Shown: in pieces, positions 60,527 through 64,000 of the stretch
Numbering within the stretch: the first letter of the stretch is position 1
Layout: every line of letters begins with the position of its first letter
Source: Mobula hypostoma
Lineage: Eukaryota
Assembly: GCF_963921235.1 (NCBI RefSeq)
Contig: NC_086101.1
Coordinates: 8,868,001 to 8,932,000, forward strand
Length of the DNA: 64,000 nt
Direction: 5' to 3'
Position numbers and translations under genes: made by a program
Notes under the pieces: model-generated
Databases searched by the model: none
What the model saw: the letters and a program-made list of their open reading frames with translations, nothing else
What the model was told of the DNA's origin: nothing

Positions 60527-61858
60527 ACATAGAAACATAGAAACTAGGTGGAGGAGTAGGTTATTCGGCCCTTCCAGCCTGCACCGCCATTCAGTATGAT
60601 CATGGCTGATCATCCAACTCAGAACACTGTACCTGCCTTCTCTCCATAACCTCTGGTCCCTTTAGCCACAAGGGCCATATCTAGCTCCCTCTTAAATATA
60701 GCCAATGAGCTGGCCTCAACTGATTCCTGTGGCAGAGAATTCCACAGATTCACCACTCTCTGTGTGAAGAAGTTTTTCGTCATCTCGGTCCTAAAAGGCT
60801 TCCTCTTCATACTCAAAATGTGACCCCTCGTTCTGGAATTCCCCAACATCAGGAGCAATCTTCCTTCATCTAGCCTGTCCAATCCCTTTAGAATTTAATA
60901 CGTTACAATAATATCCCCTCCCCCTCAATCTTCTAAATTCCAGACAATATAAGCCTAGTCGATCCAGTCTTTCATCATTTGAAAGTCCTGCCATCCCAGG
61001 AATCAATCTGGTGAACCTTCTTTGTACTCCCTCTATGGCAAGGATGTCTTTCCTCAAATTAGGGGACCTAAACTGCGCACAATACTCCAGGTGTGGTCTC
61101 ACCAAGGCCTTGTACAACTGCAGTAGTACCTCCCTGCTCCTGTACTCGAATCCTCTTGCTATGAATGCCAGCATACCATTCGCCTTTTTCACCGCCTGCT
61201 GTACCTGCATGCCCACTTTCAGTGACTGGTGTACAATGACACAGAGGTCTCGTTGCATCTCCTCTTTTCCTAATCGGCCACCATTCAGAAAATAATCTGT
61301 TTTCCTGTTCTTGCCACCAAAGTGGATAACCTCACATTTATCCACATTAAATTGCATCTGCCATGAATTTGCCCACTCACCTAACCTATCCAAGTCACCC
61401 TGCATCCTCTCAGCATCCTCCTCACAGCTAACACTGCCGCCCAGCTTCGTGTCATCCGCAATCTTGGAGATGCTGCATTTAATTCCCTCGTCTAAGTCAT
61501 TTATATATATTGTAAACAACTGGGGTCCCAGCACTGAGCCTTGCGGCACCCCACTAGTCACTGCCTGCCATTCTGAAAAGGTCCCGTTTATCCCACTCTT
61601 TGCTTCCTGTCTGCCAACCAATTCTCTATCCATAACAATACCTTACCCCCAATACCATGTGCTTTAAGTTTGCACATTAATCTTCTGTGTGGGACCTTGT
61701 CAAAAGCCTTTTGAAAATCCAAATATACCACATCCACTGGTTCTCCCCTATCCACTCTACTAGTTACATCCTCAAAAAATTCTATGAGATTCGACAGACA
61801 TGCTTTTCCTTTCACAAATCCATGCTGACTTTGTCCGATGATTTCACCGCTTTCCAAA
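60527..61858 (-). mobile_element. CR1 3' part, same subfamily as 19589-21775
   Basis: ORF 60866-61633 is near-identical to ORF 20498-21472; acatagaaacatagaaa tail. Confidence 0.92.
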
Positions 61859-61930
61859 TTTGAGTACTTTTTTTCGTAGATGCTGCCTGCCCTGCTGAGT
61901 TCCTCCAGCATTTTGTGTGTGTTGCTTGGA

Positions 61931-63025
61931 TTGAATTGAATTGACTTTATTTCTTACATCCTTCACATACATGAGGAGTAAAAATCTTTACATTACCTCT
62001 CCATCTAAATATGCAGTCATAGTAATTTATAATAAATAGAACAGTCAGTGTAACATAGAAATACACTCAAATCAGTGTGAGTTTATCAGTCTGATGGCCT
62101 GGTGGAAGGAGCTGTACTGGAGCCTGTCGGTCCTGGCTTTTATGCTGCGGTACCATTTCCCGGATTATAGCAGCTGGAATAGATTGTGGTTGGGGTGACT
62201 TGGGTCCCCAATGATCCGACGGGCCTTTTTTACACACCTGTCATTGTAAATGTCCTGAATCATGGGAAGTTCACAAGTACGGATGTGCTGGGCTGTTGGC
62301 ACCACTCTCTGCAGAATCCTGCGATTACGGGAGGTACAGTTCCCATACCGGTCAGGATGCTCTCAGTTGTGCCCCTGTAGAAAGTACTTAGGATCTGGGG
62401 GCCCATACCGAACTTCCTCAACCGTCTGAGGTGAAAGAGGTGGCTGTTGTGCATTTTTCACCACACAGCTGGTGTGTACAGACCACGTGGGGTCCTCGGT
62501 GATGTGGATGCCGAAGAACTTGAAGCTCTTTACCCTCTCAAACCCAAATCCATTGATGTCAATATGGGTTAGCTCGTCTTCATTCCTCCTGTAATCCACA
62601 ACCAGCTGCTTTGTTTTTGCGATATTGAGGAAGAGGTTGTTTTCTTGACACCACTGTGTCAGAGAGATAACTTCTCCCCTGTGGGCCACCTCGTTATTGT
62701 TTGAGATTAGGCCAATCAGCGTAGTGTCGTCGGCAAATTTAATTAGCAGATTAGAGCTGTGGGTGGCGACACAGCCCTGAGGAGCTCGTGTATTGAGAGT
62801 CAGAGGGGTGGAGGTGAGGGAGCCCACTCTTACCACCTGCTGGCGATCTGACAGGAAGTCCAGGATCCAGCTGCACAAGGCAGGGTCAAGGCCGAGGTCT
62901 CTGAGGTTCCTGTCGAGCCTGGAGGGAATTATGGTGTTGAATGCTGTAGTCCAAGAACAGCATTCTCACATAAGCATCCCTCTTCTCCAGATATGTAAGG
63001 ATGGTATGTAGAGCAGTGGCTTTTG
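61931..63025 (-). mobile_element. Rex1/Babar-type LINE 3' fragment
   Basis: CSWILDFLSDRQQVVRVG..LNTRAPQGCV..IKFADDTTLIGLI; LRRLRKFG..FYRGTTESILT; (caatt)n tail. Confidence 0.85.
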
Positions 63026-63329
63026 CAGATATCCCACCCTGCAAAAACTCATTTCAGGGAGGTAGCACCCCTGCCCCCAGCAACCCCATATTCCCCCACT
63101 CCCCACCACCGTCGACCTCCAAGGGTGCATGTAATACTGTGTTTAGTCATTTTGTCTAATCTGTAAACCAAGTTGGGTATATGTAGCAAATGTGACATTA
63201 AAATATGTACTTATATTATATTATCATGTTTATTCCATTACAACTTTAAGCAAGTCTACAGGGAGTTTGGCCTCATCACGTAGGACATCAACAGCATAGC
63301 TCCTTGGCAGCTGGCCAGCTGGTTTAAAT

Positions 63330-64000
63330 CAGGGGTCCACAACCTTTTTTGCACTGCACACCGGTTTAATATTGACAATATTCTTGCGGACAGGTCGACC
63401 CCCTTGGGGGTGGTGGTGTTAAACGCGACTGGAATATGGGTGATAAGTCACTTGTAAGTTGTTAATACACTTAATTTCATTGCTGAAGGGGATTATCTAA
63501 TGAATTTAATATTAAGCATACAGCGCATATTTTTCTCGCATGAATGTAGTGATGTCGATTATAACAGTGGTCCCAAATCTCTGGGCCACGAAGAATGCAG
63601 CGGTACAGCGGTAGCCAGAATGCACCCAGCACATCTTTAAGAAAAAGGCCGAAATAAACAAGCTAATTGATTAAGTGCTGCCCGGCAAGTAAATGTCGGC
63701 CCAGATCAGAGACGGCGCAATCGGCAATTGACTTTATCTGGGCTGACATTTACATGCCAGGCGGCACCTAATTAATTAGCAACACACATAAAAGTTGCTG
63801 GTGAACGCAGCAGGGCCAGGCAGCATCTCTAGGAAGAGGTACAGTCGATGTTTCAGCCCGAGACCCTGGAGATGCTGCCTGGCCTGCTGCGTTCACCAGC
63901 AACTTTTATGTGTGTTGCTTGAAATTCCAGCATCTGCAGTTTTCCTCGTGTTTGCGTTACTTAATTAATTAGCTTGTTTATTTCGGCTTTTTTTTTCTTA
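63330..64000. mobile_element. Nested hAT-type non-autonomous DNA elements (left ends at 63330 and 63565) with an internal palindrome
   Basis: CAGGGGTCCACAACC and CAGTGGTCCCAAA termini; inverted repeat aagaaaaaggccgaaataaacaagctaat...attagcttgtttatttcggctttttt. The right ends are outside the window. Confidence 0.65.
63781..63961. mobile_element. Palindromic two-tailed PLE mini-element
   Basis: aacacacataaaagttgctggtgaacgcagcag..gcagcatctc and its reverse complement; TSD TAATTAATTAGC (63769-80 / 63962-73). Confidence 0.88.

Overview
Eukaryotic vertebrate DNA, most likely from a cartilaginous fish (ray/shark; inferred from the repeat families and TRIM style). The window holds one host protein-coding gene: a + strand RING/B-box/coiled-coil/B30.2 (PRY-SPRY) TRIM. 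It has six coding exons (14744-15154, 15241-15336, 16145-16378, 17856-17878, 17975-18090, 58109-58641) that splice in frame to 470 aa. A ~40 kb intron separates the B30.2 exon from the rest. Most other sequence is nested, mostly decayed mobile DNA: CR1 LINEs, Neptune-type Penelope-like elements (PLEs; RT + GIY-YIG), solo LTRs, RTE, Rex1, L1/Tx1, tRNA-derived SINEs and hAT MITEs. The main non-coding signals are: (i) minimal hammerhead ribozymes in the PLE terminal repeats, with four intact cores, one of them sense-oriented in the TRIM intron; (ii) PLE insertions with two outward-facing 3' ends, 0.14-5 kb, whose short forms break at hammerhead stem II; (iii) a ~4.3 kb direct duplication that flanks one CR1 like a giant target-site duplication; and (iv) an unexplained CpG island 3 kb upstream of the TRIM start. 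No prokaryotic features or CRISPR arrays were found. All calls were read by eye with no database searches, and repeat boundaries without a stated TSD are approximate.
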